The notes under the pieces: generated by a model
The model's database searches: none
The model's input: the letters and a program-made list of their open reading frames with translations, nothing else
Told to the model about the DNA's origin: nothing
Translations under genes and position numbers: made by a program
In this document: piece by piece, positions 18,723 to 28,347 of the stretch
How positions within the stretch are numbered: position 1 is the stretch's first letter
How the letters are laid out: every line of letters starts with the position of its first letter
Source of the DNA: an uncultured Gemmatimonadota bacterium
Lineage (GTDB): Bacteria; JAAXHH01
Length of the DNA: 64,000 nt
Assembly: GCA_951812955.1 (NCBI GenBank)
Contig: OX638340.1
Span: 2,752,001 to 2,816,000, forward strand
Reading direction: 5' to 3'

Positions 18723-19376
18723 TCATTCATCCAGGAAAGCGAGACGGTGCTTGAGGGCCAGGAGTATGAGATCCGGCAGATTGTGGACTTTCAACTTCTT
18801 CATCAGGATCGCGCGGTGTTTTTCCACGGTCTTGTCGCTGATGTTCAGGACCTCCGCCGCGGCCTGATTGGTATGTCCCTCGACGATGAGCTGAAGTATC
18901 TCCCGTTCGCGGGATGAAAGCTGCTCCAGAACGGCCTTTGACTCATTCGCCGATTCCGTCTGCAGGAATCCCGATAGCACGGTTTGAGCAATCGAAGGTG
19001 AAAGATAGATTTCGCCCTTGTTGGCGGACCGGATGGCGATCAGGAGTTCCTCCACGACGGATCTCTTGAGGAGATACCCGCTGGCCCCGCATCTGAGCGC
19101 CTGGCGCACCACGTCCTCATCCGAATGCATGGATAGTATGACGACGCGGGTATCGACGGACAGCGTCTGAATCCGCCGCGTGGTCTCGATACCGTTCAGC
19201 AAAGGCATGGCGATATCCAACATGGCGACGTCCGGTCTCTTCCGTTGTACCAGGTTCAGGGTCTCGTGACCATCGGCCGCTTCGCCGACAACTTCCATAT
19301 CCTCGGCCTTTTCGATTAGAGACACGATGCTTTGACGGACCAGTTGGTGATCGTCGGCAATAACGATCCTGATCAT
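18723..19376 (-). CDS. LuxR/NarL-family response regulator (REC + HTH), paralog
   Basis: MIRIVIADDHQLVRQSIVSLIE... LSSREREILQLIVEGHTNQAAAEVLNISDKTVEKHR. Its start overlaps the kinase stop (ATGA). Confidence 0.9.
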   Translation of the reverse strand: MIRIVIADDHQLVRQSIVSLIEKAEDMEVVGEAADGHETLNLVQRKRPDVAMLDIAMPLLNGIETTRRIQTLSVDTRVVILSMHSDEDVVRQALRCGASGYLLKRSVVEELLIAIRSANKGEIYLSPSIAQTVLSGFLQTESANESKAVLEQLSSREREILQLIVEGHTNQAAAEVLNISDKTVEKHRAILMKKLKVHNLPDLILLALKHRLAFLDE

Positions 19377-22159
19377 TTCTCCTCCAAAGGAATTGTAGCG
19401 ACCAGACGGGCTCCCGCGCCTGGTTTCGAGTAAACATTCATGCGGCCATTCAGCGATTCAAGGCGTTCCTGCATATCTATCAAACCGATTCCTGTTTCAT
19501 TCTGATCCGAAAGTGTATCTGCAAGATCAAAACCCTGGCCGTTATCCTGTATCGATAGTTGTACGACTTCGCCATTGCGTTTCAAGCTAACTTCCACATG
19601 AGAGGCTTGTCCGTGTTTGACGCAGTTCGTCAGCCCTTCCTGCAGTATACGATACAGGCAGATATCGATTGGATTGGAGATTTCCGTAGTATCCATGCCA
19701 ACGTATGAGACCGGCATTTGAGTTCGTTGTGTTAAACTCTTGCATAGTCCTTCCAATGCTGTATTCAGCCCGACTGTATCCAGTGTCGGGGGACGGAGAT
19801 TATGGGAGATCGCACGTAGTTTCTCCAGCGTCTCGTCGGTTAGCGCCACGGCGTCGCTCAGCCGTTCTGCCGTATGATCGGAGACCCCGGACAACTCGTT
19901 CCGGGTTATTTCAAGGCTCATCTTCAGCGCCGTGAGCGCTTGTCCCGTATCGTCATGGAGATCCCGCGCCAGCCGGCTTCTTTCCGATTCCTGAATGTCG
20001 ATGAGTCGTCTGGAGAGTCTCTTCAATCCCAGGGCCTGATGCCGTAGCGATGTTGCCATATCGAGGTTCTTCAACGCCAATTCCAATTCGGCCGACAGGA
20101 CCAGCAACTGTTCTTTTTCATCGCTGTTGAACGGTTCTTCGCTGAGTTTTGCACCCAGTGCAATACATCCTTGACGGTCAGATCCTTGTCCGAGTACGAC
20201 CATGAGTTCGCACCCGGTGTCTCTCATACTTTCATTTGCGTACAGTTCGCGATACTCGACCAACGATTGCTCGGGGGGTATCGATCGCAGAAGGCCTTCG
20301 ACCTTGCCGGCTGCTTCAGTGAAGAACGTTTCATTTCTCTTGAGATCCTGCTCCGGCTTCTCACGCACTGCGTACCATCGGACCGAAAGCGATTCCTGAG
20401 GACTTTCTGCAAGGTATATCGCCAGATAGCAAACGTCCAATCCCTCCAGCAACTCTTGCCCGGTGGCGCTCAAAAGCGCATTACGATCCTGGTATTGCGT
20501 TAAGGATTGCTCGAGTCTGAAAAGGCGTTGTCGGTTTTCATATTCATCACGCAAAAGATATTGATTCAGTAAGCGGATGACGGGCGTCTTCACCCAGGTC
20601 CACCCTCCGACGAGTATCAAGGTGAATCCAGCGGCAGCGCTGGCGATCAGAAGATCGGAGGTTTCCATACCGGTCGGCCACACGGATATCAGTTCAAATA
20701 GTGCGATTAACGTCCAGAAGCTGAATATGAGATATATGCTCTTGGCATTGGCCAGGTAACGCAGACCACTTCCGAAGACGAACTTCAGGCCGAACACTCG
20801 GTGTGCCAGAATGGTATAGACAAAGGCGAGCGGCAGTCCACACTGCAGTACTACGTGGATGATCCGATCGAAGAGCCAGACTAATACCGGCAGGGCGGCC
20901 CCCCTTATTGGAATCAGGTCCCAACTGGCCAGAAGTGTACCAGGTTGCGTAATAGTCCACACGGGAGCCAAAATGAGGGCCGAGATGAATCCTGCCTTGA
21001 TGATATGCAGTCGCGTGCGTTGCTGATGCCGCGCGACGGAACGTTGGGCTATCATAAGACATCCCGCGGCGATGACAACGAGGGTGGGCAGCGCGGGAAC
21101 GGGCACTGGTTCAACGATTTCCGTGATGATACCAACTCCTGCGTGGTCCCACCCATAGGTCAGACTCAGCAAATAGATCAGACGGCACGATAGCCAGACA
21201 ATCAGGGGCGTCAGGATGAACCACCGGTTTTTGAGCAGCCATGATCCGAAAGCCGTCGCACTGGGGAAGACGGCAAGAATCCGAAACATGAGAACGATTT
21301 CCAGTAAGGATGCCGCGACGATGGCGAATATGCTGAGGAACAGTACCCAGTCCGGCCATCCGGCTATCATGGGATGGAAAGCGGGCGAGGAGGAAAGCGC
21401 CATAGCGAGGAAGAGCAACGCGCATCGAAAGGCAAGGGGACTGTGCGGACTCCTGAACCCCATCCAGGTTCCGAAGACCAGCAGGACCATCGGTAAAATC
21501 AGATACGGCCCCCGTTGGAACCACGTCATCGCGCCTACGCCCAGTACGAGTTCCTCCTGATTGACCTCGACTGCGTATCGTACCTGTTCCGTGGCCTCAA
21601 GCGTGAGTATACCAGCGTGCATGCTGCCGTCGCGAAGCCAGGCAAGATTGAAACGTTCACCGGGCTTGCTCCGCAAACGCGCCTGGAAATAGGCTTCGGG
21701 ACGTGTCCCGAGATCCGTGCCATCAATAGAGATCACCAGGTCACCCGGTCGCAATCCGGCTTTGTCCGCAGGGCTGTCCGCGTCTACTTGCGTGACGGTA
21801 ATACCGCCGTCCTCGCGTATGCGAACGAGGTGGAACCACGTGCCCTCCTGCAGATTGCTCACCGCACTTTTCGTGAGTCCCTTCGTCTGTATCATTTCAT
21901 TTCCGAAGAACTGGATACCCGGTGACCAGTGCTCGATTTGCGTGAACCGTACCAGCGTCCACGTGACCAGTCCTAAATGCATACACGTGAACATGACCAG
22001 TGCGCTGAGTGCGACGTATCGGCGGATGAGTGTCTTCAACCGAGAGCTACTCAATTGCGAGGGAATTGTATTTGAAGAGTCATTCATGTCAACATACAGA
22101 TTGCTTTTCGAGAAGCATCCTGAAGCAATTTCGGAAAACAGGTGGACTTGACTCAACAA
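19373..22159 (-). CDS. Membrane sensor histidine kinase with N-terminal PDZ domain, multi-TM region, GAF-like and HisKA_3/HATPase_c domains
   Basis: PDZ-like segment VTQVDADSPADKAGLRPGDLVISIDGTDL after TM1. About 8-10 hydrophobic helices. H-box ERSRLARDLHDDTGQALTAL (NarL-type HisKA_3). Then N/G boxes (DNGQGFD, GIGLIDMQERL). Confidence 0.85.
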   Translation of the reverse strand: MLSQVHLFSEIASGCFSKSNLYVDMNDSSNTIPSQLSSSRLKTLIRRYVALSALVMFTCMHLGLVTWTLVRFTQIEHWSPGIQFFGNEMIQTKGLTKSAVSNLQEGTWFHLVRIREDGGITVTQVDADSPADKAGLRPGDLVISIDGTDLGTRPEAYFQARLRSKPGERFNLAWLRDGSMHAGILTLEATEQVRYAVEVNQEELVLGVGAMTWFQRGPYLILPMVLLVFGTWMGFRSPHSPLAFRCALLFLAMALSSSPAFHPMIAGWPDWVLFLSIFAIVAASLLEIVLMFRILAVFPSATAFGSWLLKNRWFILTPLIVWLSCRLIYLLSLTYGWDHAGVGIITEIVEPVPVPALPTLVVIAAGCLMIAQRSVARHQQRTRLHIIKAGFISALILAPVWTITQPGTLLASWDLIPIRGAALPVLVWLFDRIIHVVLQCGLPLAFVYTILAHRVFGLKFVFGSGLRYLANAKSIYLIFSFWTLIALFELISVWPTGMETSDLLIASAAAGFTLILVGGWTWVKTPVIRLLNQYLLRDEYENRQRLFRLEQSLTQYQDRNALLSATGQELLEGLDVCYLAIYLAESPQESLSVRWYAVREKPEQDLKRNETFFTEAAGKVEGLLRSIPPEQSLVEYRELYANESMRDTGCELMVVLGQGSDRQGCIALGAKLSEEPFNSDEKEQLLVLSAELELALKNLDMATSLRHQALGLKRLSRRLIDIQESERSRLARDLHDDTGQALTALKMSLEITRNELSGVSDHTAERLSDAVALTDETLEKLRAISHNLRPPTLDTVGLNTALEGLCKSLTQRTQMPVSYVGMDTTEISNPIDICLYRILQEGLTNCVKHGQASHVEVSLKRNGEVVQLSIQDNGQGFDLADTLSDQNETGIGLIDMQERLESLNGRMNVYSKPGAGARLVATIPLEEK

Positions 22160-22307
22160 GCAAGTTTACTCGATCCAGGCCCGATACACCACCGGCGGTT
22201 TTCCCCGATCTCTGTACGACGACATGACCGCTTACATACAGCGGCCGGAACAGTGGCGTCACGTTCATGGGGTCGGTACGAGGTCGGGGCATGTCAGGGA
22301 AGGGATA

Positions 22308-22703
22308 TTAGCCGTCCGGTTCGGCGACATAGGTGTAGAGGATCGTTCCATCCCGGTCAAGCTGGAAGACCTCGTACCGCTTGGAGGGCGAGTATAGAAT
22401 ACGGCCATCAGGTGTTTGCGACAGATGGTTAAAGTTGGTTCGCACAGGTATGGTTGGTTTGCCGCCTATCACGAACTTACCGATTCCGTAACGAAGATTA
22501 CCGCCCATTTCGTAAACGGCGAAAATCGGTTCGTCCCATACGGAATTCACGGCGATCTCTCCGTCGTTCCCGGCCAGGATTCCGCTGGGAGGCAACAGAT
22601 TCTCGATGCGAAAATCCGAGAGGTGCGCGCCGTTCATCGTAAAGACCGTAATACGATTGTTTCCCGAGTCAAGAACAATGACTTTCTCATTGGATATGGC
22701 CAC
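22308..22703 (-). pseudogene. Fragment of a 6-bladed beta-propeller protein (same family as 13756..14844)
   Basis: VIVLDSGNNRITVFTMNGAHL...YEVFQLDRDG aligns to internal blades of the intact paralogs. It lacks the N-terminal signal and the C-terminal third, and flanking frames are broken. Confidence 0.55.
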
Positions 22704-23032
22704 ACCTAGAGGTCGATTCAGCTCTCCGGGACCAGACCTCCCATACTATTCCGATGAGAAACCGCCCCTGATGATTCGACCACCCAGATCGTGTGATGCC
22801 GGTCGTCAGCCAGAAAGAAACGGCCATCCGCGTCCATGTTTTCATGATGTCTGTGACCGATAGTATCTGGGCATTGGGCGGATAGTTAAGCTTGCCGTAA
22901 CCTGGGGCAATCGGCCTCGTAAGTCGCGATGACGGTACCGTCCCACTTCATTCTGAATACGGGGTATTCCTTGACCGCAGAATATAGAATATGACCCTCA
23001 GGCGTCTGGTTGAAATGCTGATCGCCCTGGTC

Positions 23033-23566
23033 CTATCCAACAGTCTGGTCTGGCACTCTTTCACCTCGGCTTCCTACAACGCTACCACACAAATCGTAGA
23101 CCGTAAAAAGTGTTTGCCCCCAGAGAGAATTGACCGCGATCTGGCCGTTCTTGCTCGCCAGTATTCCGGATGTCATTTGAAATTCCAACCGGAAGTCGTC
23201 TAAATACATACCATCCATCTTGAATATCATTACCCGGCTATTGCCGGAATCGTTCACGATGACTTTGTTTTCAAATACAGCTGCTCCTCCTGGACGCAGC
23301 AGTTCACCGGGGCCGGCCCCGTCCCGGCCAATGCGGCTGATCAGTTTGCCCTCTGAGTCACAAATCCAGACTGTATTCTGCTGCCCGTCCGTCAGGTAAA
23401 ACCGGCCGTCGTTGTCCCGTATCAGGTCTCCGATTTTTCCAGCAATCTCATCTTCAAGATCCAGCGGAATTGCACTGACTTTCTCGACTGCGAATGGCTG
23501 GGCATTTGCGGAACCCAAAAGTAACCACCATGATACAGGTTGATACAACCATGATAAGAACGGCAA
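23033..23566 (-). pseudogene. N-terminal fragment of a 6-bladed beta-propeller protein (signal peptide retained)
   Basis: Signal peptide, then VIVNDSGNSRVMIFKMDGMYLDDFRLEF...QIAVNSLWGQTLFTVYDL, highly similar to fragment 22308..22703 and to the intact paralogs. Truncated after about 177 aa. Confidence 0.55.
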
Positions 23567-23619
23567 AGTCGTTTACGCCTTTCTTCAAGAATTCACGTGT
23601 AAGGCGCCTCATTCCCACA

Positions 23620-23796
23620 ACCGTACCCGGACCGGCACGTGTGGGCCAGTGTAGTGTTGCCGGTGTCGGCCACCGTGTCGCCCTCGCTGATCCCTGAGGT
23701 CACTTCCCGCCAATTGTCGCCTTCCTTACCCAGGTTGACGTACGTCCACTGGGCCCTTCCACTACGAATTGAAGTAAGAATACCCGGGAATCCCAC
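23620..23796 (-). pseudogene. C-terminal fragment of an RND adaptor (MFP) gene
   Basis: IRSGRAQWTYVNLGKEGDNWREVTSGISEGDTVADTGNTTLAH versus the intact adaptor C-terminus IRDGRAQWTYVALGREADDWREITSGLAEGDTVAVTGNVTLAH. Nothing upstream of it is adaptor-like. Confidence 0.6.
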
Positions 23797-25289
23797 TACA
23801 ACCCCGGCCGCTCCACGTCCTCAGCCGCCGGTCCCTGCAGGTTGACGTTGTCCGTGGTGGGCCAGCGCACGGTATACTGTGCGGAGCGGTCCCGCTTGTA
23901 TCCGGCGTGCCAGTAGTTGCTGGCGGCCAGCCACTCCAGCAGGTCTTCCTTCATCTTCGTCTTGATCCCCGCATACGCATCGTCGTCCCACCGGTTCCAC
24001 AGCTCCCCGGGATCGCCTTCCAGGTCGTATAGCTCGCCCTCCTCCTGGCCGATGTAGTAGACCATCTTGTGGGTCGGGCCGCGCATCATGATCTGGTAGT
24101 TGTCCTCGCAGAAGACATAATCCCGCGGAACGACCGCTCCATCCGGGTCGGCGTAGGGCATGAGGGAACGCCCTTCCAGGTAAGTGGGGACCGGAACGCC
24201 CGCCGCTTCGAGGATGGTGGGGCCCAGATCCATGAGGGAAACCAGGTCGCTTACGTGGTCGCCCCGGCGCCGGCGGTCCGGGTAGCGGATGATGAGCGGA
24301 ATGTGGGTGATGGTGTCGTACATGAGCCACTTGTAGGCCATGGCGTGGTCGCCTAGATTCTCGCCGTGGTCCGAACAAAAGACGACCAGCGTGTTGTCCA
24401 GGTAGCCTCTTGCCTCCAGGGCGTCCATGATTTCGCCCATCTTCTCGTCCACCGTGGTGACTTTCGCGTAATAGTGGCGGCGCATGCTATCGATGCGGTC
24501 GTCGTTCGCCAGGTACATGTTGATGCCGGATTCGTGGCCGGCCGTGGAGAACATCTTCTTCAGCGCTTCATGCTGTCGCGGTTTCTCCGCCAGTTCGTTC
24601 TCCCGGGTTACCGGCCGGGGTATCTCCACTCCGTCGTACTGGCTCAGATGGCGGGGCAGCGGGTCCCAGGGTTCGTGGGGACCCGTAAAGCCGATTTCGA
24701 GGAAGAAGGGTTTGTCGCCGCGGTGGTTGCGGATCCAGTTGAGCGCCGAATTGCCGATGAAGACGTCGCTGTGGAACCGCTCTTCCTCGTGCCACGGCAC
24801 GCCCTGCAGTTTCGTCCACCAGTCCGGGTCGGTCTTGTGCCGGTCGTTGGGCCGTTCCACCCCGTGGAAGGTCATGTACCGGCCCCAGTCGTCGTCCGCG
24901 CCGCCGCCGGCCAGGTTCATGTTGGTCGGATTCTCGACGACGACCCGTTCGTGGAACCCGCCGGGCATGTCCCGAGGCATGAAATGCATCTTGCCGATGC
25001 TGGCGCACCAGTAGCCGTTATCCGCGAGGTCCTGCACCCAGTTGCGGTGGAGTCCCCAGGGCTGGAAACTGTAGACGCCCGTGTTATGGGGGTACATGCC
25101 GGTGAAGATGGCGGCCCGCGAGGCAACGCAGGTGGCGCCAGGACAGTAGGCCTGCCGGAAGGAAACCCCTTCCCGGACGAGCCTGTCGTGGGCCGGGGTG
25201 GTCATGTGGGGATTGTCCCAGCCGCGGATCGTATCGACGCGCTGCTGGTCGGTCATGATGAGGATGATATTCGGGCGATCCGAGGGCAT
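23796..25289 (-). CDS. Sulfatase family protein (arylsulfatase-like)
   Basis: PNIILIMTDQQRVD N-terminus, metal-binding Asp cluster, and the formylglycine motif region AYCPGATCVASRAAIFTG (C-V-A-S-R). Length 497 aa. Confidence 0.85.
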   Translation of the reverse strand: MPSDRPNIILIMTDQQRVDTIRGWDNPHMTTPAHDRLVREGVSFRQAYCPGATCVASRAAIFTGMYPHNTGVYSFQPWGLHRNWVQDLADNGYWCASIGKMHFMPRDMPGGFHERVVVENPTNMNLAGGGADDDWGRYMTFHGVERPNDRHKTDPDWWTKLQGVPWHEEERFHSDVFIGNSALNWIRNHRGDKPFFLEIGFTGPHEPWDPLPRHLSQYDGVEIPRPVTRENELAEKPRQHEALKKMFSTAGHESGINMYLANDDRIDSMRRHYYAKVTTVDEKMGEIMDALEARGYLDNTLVVFCSDHGENLGDHAMAYKWLMYDTITHIPLIIRYPDRRRRGDHVSDLVSLMDLGPTILEAAGVPVPTYLEGRSLMPYADPDGAVVPRDYVFCEDNYQIMMRGPTHKMVYYIGQEEGELYDLEGDPGELWNRWDDDAYAGIKTKMKEDLLEWLAASNYWHAGYKRDRSAQYTVRWPTTDNVNLQGPAAEDVERPGL

Positions 25290-25386
25290 CCGCGGGCTCC
25301 ATGGTGAAAATGATCAGGGAAGAAGCGCGATTTACGAAGGACGGGCCCCGGTGTGGTCGGCCCGACCCGAACGTCGACAGACCGGG

Positions 25387-26757
25387 CTATGCCACTCGGT
25401 CCTCCATCGCGCCGTTTTCGCCCGCTTCTGACCGGGGATGCAGCCTGTTCACCTCGGCCTTGATGATACGTTGCCCTTCGACTTCGCGTACCACGATTCT
25501 GGCATTTCTGAATGGCACTTCCTCACCGGATTCGGGCACCCGGCCGAGTTCATTGAAAATCAGGCCGCCTACGGTTTCGAACCCGTCCGGCGTGATATCG
25601 AGATCCAGGATGTCGTTCAGCGTATCGATATTGAGCCGGGCATGCACGATGTACGAGCCGTCGGGCATCGCCTCATACATGGGGTCCTCGTCGTCGTATT
25701 CGTCCTGTATCTCGCCGACGATCTCCTCGAGCAGGTCCTCCAGGGTCACCAGCCCCGCGGTGGTCCCGTGTTCGTCGACGACGATGGCCAGATGGATCTT
25801 GTCCTGCTGGAACTCCTTCAACAACTCGGCGGCTTTCTTGGTCTCCGGCACGACATAGGGCGGACGGAGCAACGCATCCAGATCCTTCTCTCCTTCCGGA
25901 TCTTCGCTGAGTTGAAGCAGATCCTTGGCGTAGACGACCCCCACTATATCATCGACGGAATCGCCGTAGATTGGAATCCGCGAGTGTCCCATCTCACGGA
26001 TGAGTTCCAGCAGTTCCGGTACGGGCCTGGACCTTTCGGCGCATACCATATCCACTCTCGGGACCATCACCTCGCGCACGCTGGTGTCGTGCAATTCGAT
26101 GATGCTGCTGATCATCTCCTTGTCGTCGGGTTTCAGCTCGCGGGTTTCTTCCAGCTCGAGTACCCGGTGCAGTTCGTCGTCTAACCAGTAAGGATTGCGT
26201 CCGCTGCTGAAAAGCCCCGCGCGTGCCATGCGCCGGTTGAGTAACAGCAGCGGCGTAATCAGTGGCCAGAACAGCCAGTAGCTGATGAGTACGAGTACGG
26301 CCGAGACGCGAACGGTCGGCTCGGAGTAGCGCGACACGATCAATCTCGGCAGCCATTCGATGAGCACCAGCAGCAGCCCGATGGCGAACAGTCCCGAGAA
26401 GGTCAATGTGAGTGCCGATCCGATTGATTCGGTGAGCGGCGGGGTCAGGAAAAGGGCTACCACGGAGATCACGACACCGGCCGTGGTAATGATTTTCCCG
26501 ATCAGCAAGGTAGTGAAAAGGCGTTCCTGATTGTCCAGCCACCGGGTAACGCGGTTGGACTGTCCACCCTCGTGGGCGGCCTTAAGTTCCTGGAGCGTAT
26601 TTTTGGGCAGGCTGGAAAACGCGGATTCCGCTCCGGTCAGGAGCATGGCGTAGATGGTGCACCCTGTGAGGACAAGCCATTCGACCAATAGGGGAATGTC
26701 GTCATCCACAACATTTTTCTCCCATGTGACCTTCCGGAATCCCGCTGGCGGCCGCAT
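25387..26757 (-). CDS. HlyC/CorC family transporter (DUF21-CBS-CorC_HlyC)
   Basis: N-terminal DUF21 4-TM domain, a tandem CBS pair, and a C-terminal CorC_HlyC transporter-associated domain (TLEDLLEEIVGEIQDEYD). Confidence 0.85.
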   Translation of the reverse strand: MRPPAGFRKVTWEKNVVDDDIPLLVEWLVLTGCTIYAMLLTGAESAFSSLPKNTLQELKAAHEGGQSNRVTRWLDNQERLFTTLLIGKIITTAGVVISVVALFLTPPLTESIGSALTLTFSGLFAIGLLLVLIEWLPRLIVSRYSEPTVRVSAVLVLISYWLFWPLITPLLLLNRRMARAGLFSSGRNPYWLDDELHRVLELEETRELKPDDKEMISSIIELHDTSVREVMVPRVDMVCAERSRPVPELLELIREMGHSRIPIYGDSVDDIVGVVYAKDLLQLSEDPEGEKDLDALLRPPYVVPETKKAAELLKEFQQDKIHLAIVVDEHGTTAGLVTLEDLLEEIVGEIQDEYDDEDPMYEAMPDGSYIVHARLNIDTLNDILDLDITPDGFETVGGLIFNELGRVPESGEEVPFRNARIVVREVEGQRIIKAEVNRLHPRSEAGENGAMEDRVA

Positions 26758-27172
26758 CCGCCGAATAGACCCGTTCCTTCTCCCGCATCACTTTGCGCTG
26801 TGACGCGTTGTGGTGGTCATATCCGAGCAGATGCAGGCACCCATGGACCACGAGCCGATGCAACTCGTCGTCCAGGGACACATGATAACGGTCGGCCTGG
26901 TCCCGGGCCCGGTCGACGGAGATGTACACGTCGCCCAGGGTTTCCTCTTCCGACCCGGGTTCGTCGTCCATTTTGAACGACAGCACGTCCGTTGCGCGAT
27001 CCAGATGGCGGTACCTGTGATTCAACTGCCGGATATAAGGGTCATCGACCAGTACAACGGTCACGGCCGCATGGTCTCGGCCCTCGCCCCGAAGTACCCG
27101 GCAAGCTGCACTCCAAAGCGCCTCGCGCCGAACGTCCGGCGCGGGCAGCACGGTCTCGATATCGATATTCAA
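26702..27172 (-). CDS. ybeY: rRNA maturation RNase YbeY
   Basis: Signature HGCLHLLGYDH zinc-binding motif; 156 aa. Confidence 0.9.
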   Translation of the reverse strand: MNIDIETVLPAPDVRREALWSAACRVLRGEGRDHAAVTVVLVDDPYIRQLNHRYRHLDRATDVLSFKMDDEPGSEEETLGDVYISVDRARDQADRYHVSLDDELHRLVVHGCLHLLGYDHHNASQRKVMREKERVYSADAAASGIPEGHMGEKCCG

Positions 27173-27190
27173 GCGTCGTCGCGGGTGGAA

Positions 27191-28153
27191 TTACAGATTT
27201 TCACAGCGTTCGTAGGCCTTGATGATGTCCTGCACGAGCCGATGCCTGACCACGTCCGTTTCCGTCAGATAGACGAAGGAGATACCCCGTATGTCCGCGA
27301 GCACATCCTGCACGTGTACCAGTCCGGAAACTTTGTCCTTGGGCAAATCGATCTGGGTTATATCGCCCGTGATGATCGCCTTTGAGTTCGCTCCCAGACG
27401 GGTCAGGAACATTTTCATCTGCGCCGTCGTCGTGTTCTGGGCTTCGTCGAGTATGACGAAGGCGCTGTTCAGCGTACGGCCGCGCATATACGCCATGGCG
27501 ATGATTTCAATGGTCCCGTCTTCGATGAGGCGCCCGGCCTTGTGGTTCGGGATCATGTCGTGCAGCGCGTCATAGAGCGGCTTCAGGTACGGGTCCACTT
27601 TTTCCCGTGGATCGCCGGGAAGAAACCCGAGACTCTCTCCCGCTTCCACGGCCGGCCGCGCCAGCACGATCCGGTCGACTTCTCCCCTGCGGAGGGCCGA
27701 GATGGCCATCGCGACGGCCAGGTAGGTCTTCCCCGTGCCCGCGGGTCCTATGGAGAATACGATATCACATTTCCGAACCTGGTCCACGTACTGCTGCTGA
27801 TTGGGACTCCGCGCGTGGATCCGTTCCTTCCGGGAAAGCACTTCGATGCCATCTCCGGCAGGCGGACCCTGATCTCCTCCGTTTTTCTTTCCCAATCGCG
27901 TTGCCCGGATAATGTCGTCCACTTCCTGTGTCCTGCCCTGCTGGACGGACTTGATCATTTCGCGCAGCACGCTGGTGATCTGCCTTACCTCTTCCGCTCT
28001 GCCCGTGATCACGACTTCTTCGCCCCGGGCCGTGATTTTCGCGTCGAATTCGCTTTCGATGGCACGCAGCCTGGAATCGTACTGGCCGTAGAGCGCGAGG
28101 GGATCGATACCCTTGGCCGATAATCGATGCGTAACCGTGTTTTTCAATGATGG
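27191..28153 (-). CDS. phoH: PhoH family protein (PhoH/YbeZ ATPase)
   Basis: Walker A GPAGTGKTYLAVAMA and conserved RPAVEAGESLGFLPGD. ORF 27191..28342 has an unlikely N-terminal extension; the probable start is Met at 28153 (MPSLKNTV...). Confidence 0.85.
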   Translation of the reverse strand, partial: PSLKNTVTHRLSAKGIDPLALYGQYDSRLRAIESEFDAKITARGEEVVITGRAEEVRQITSVLREMIKSVQQGRTQEVDDIIRATRLGKKNGGDQGPPAGDGIEVLSRKERIHARSPNQQQYVDQVRKCDIVFSIGPAGTGKTYLAVAMAISALRRGEVDRIVLARPAVEAGESLGFLPGDPREKVDPYLKPLYDALHDMIPNHKAGRLIEDGTIEIIAMAYMRGRTLNSAFVILDEAQNTTTAQMKMFLTRLGANSKAIITGDITQIDLPKDKVSGLVHVQDVLADIRGISFVYLTETDVVRHRLVQDIIKAYERCENL

Positions 28154-28347
28154 CATAGATTGGCAGGTCAATACATGTACGGTGCGACTCGCCTGCCTGT
28201 TCCCATTAGCCCTGAACAGGCAACGCCTTTCGCCTCGTTTCTGTAACTGAAATCTACGGGAAAAGCCGGCCGGTGTCAAGCGGATTCCGCCTGCCTTGCC
28301 GGCGATGGACCACCACCTGTCGGCGGGACCGGCGTGATGCACCGGGG

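Noticed and set aside
22089-22292. 67-aa ORF downstream of the beta-propeller fragment, as the missing C-terminal part of that pseudogene
   Set aside because: Its translation shows no similarity to the C-terminal third of the intact propeller paralogs.
24366-25307. 313-aa ORF antisense to the sulfatase gene
   Set aside because: The sulfatase reading has conserved family motifs. The antisense product is featureless and Val/Gly/Arg-rich.
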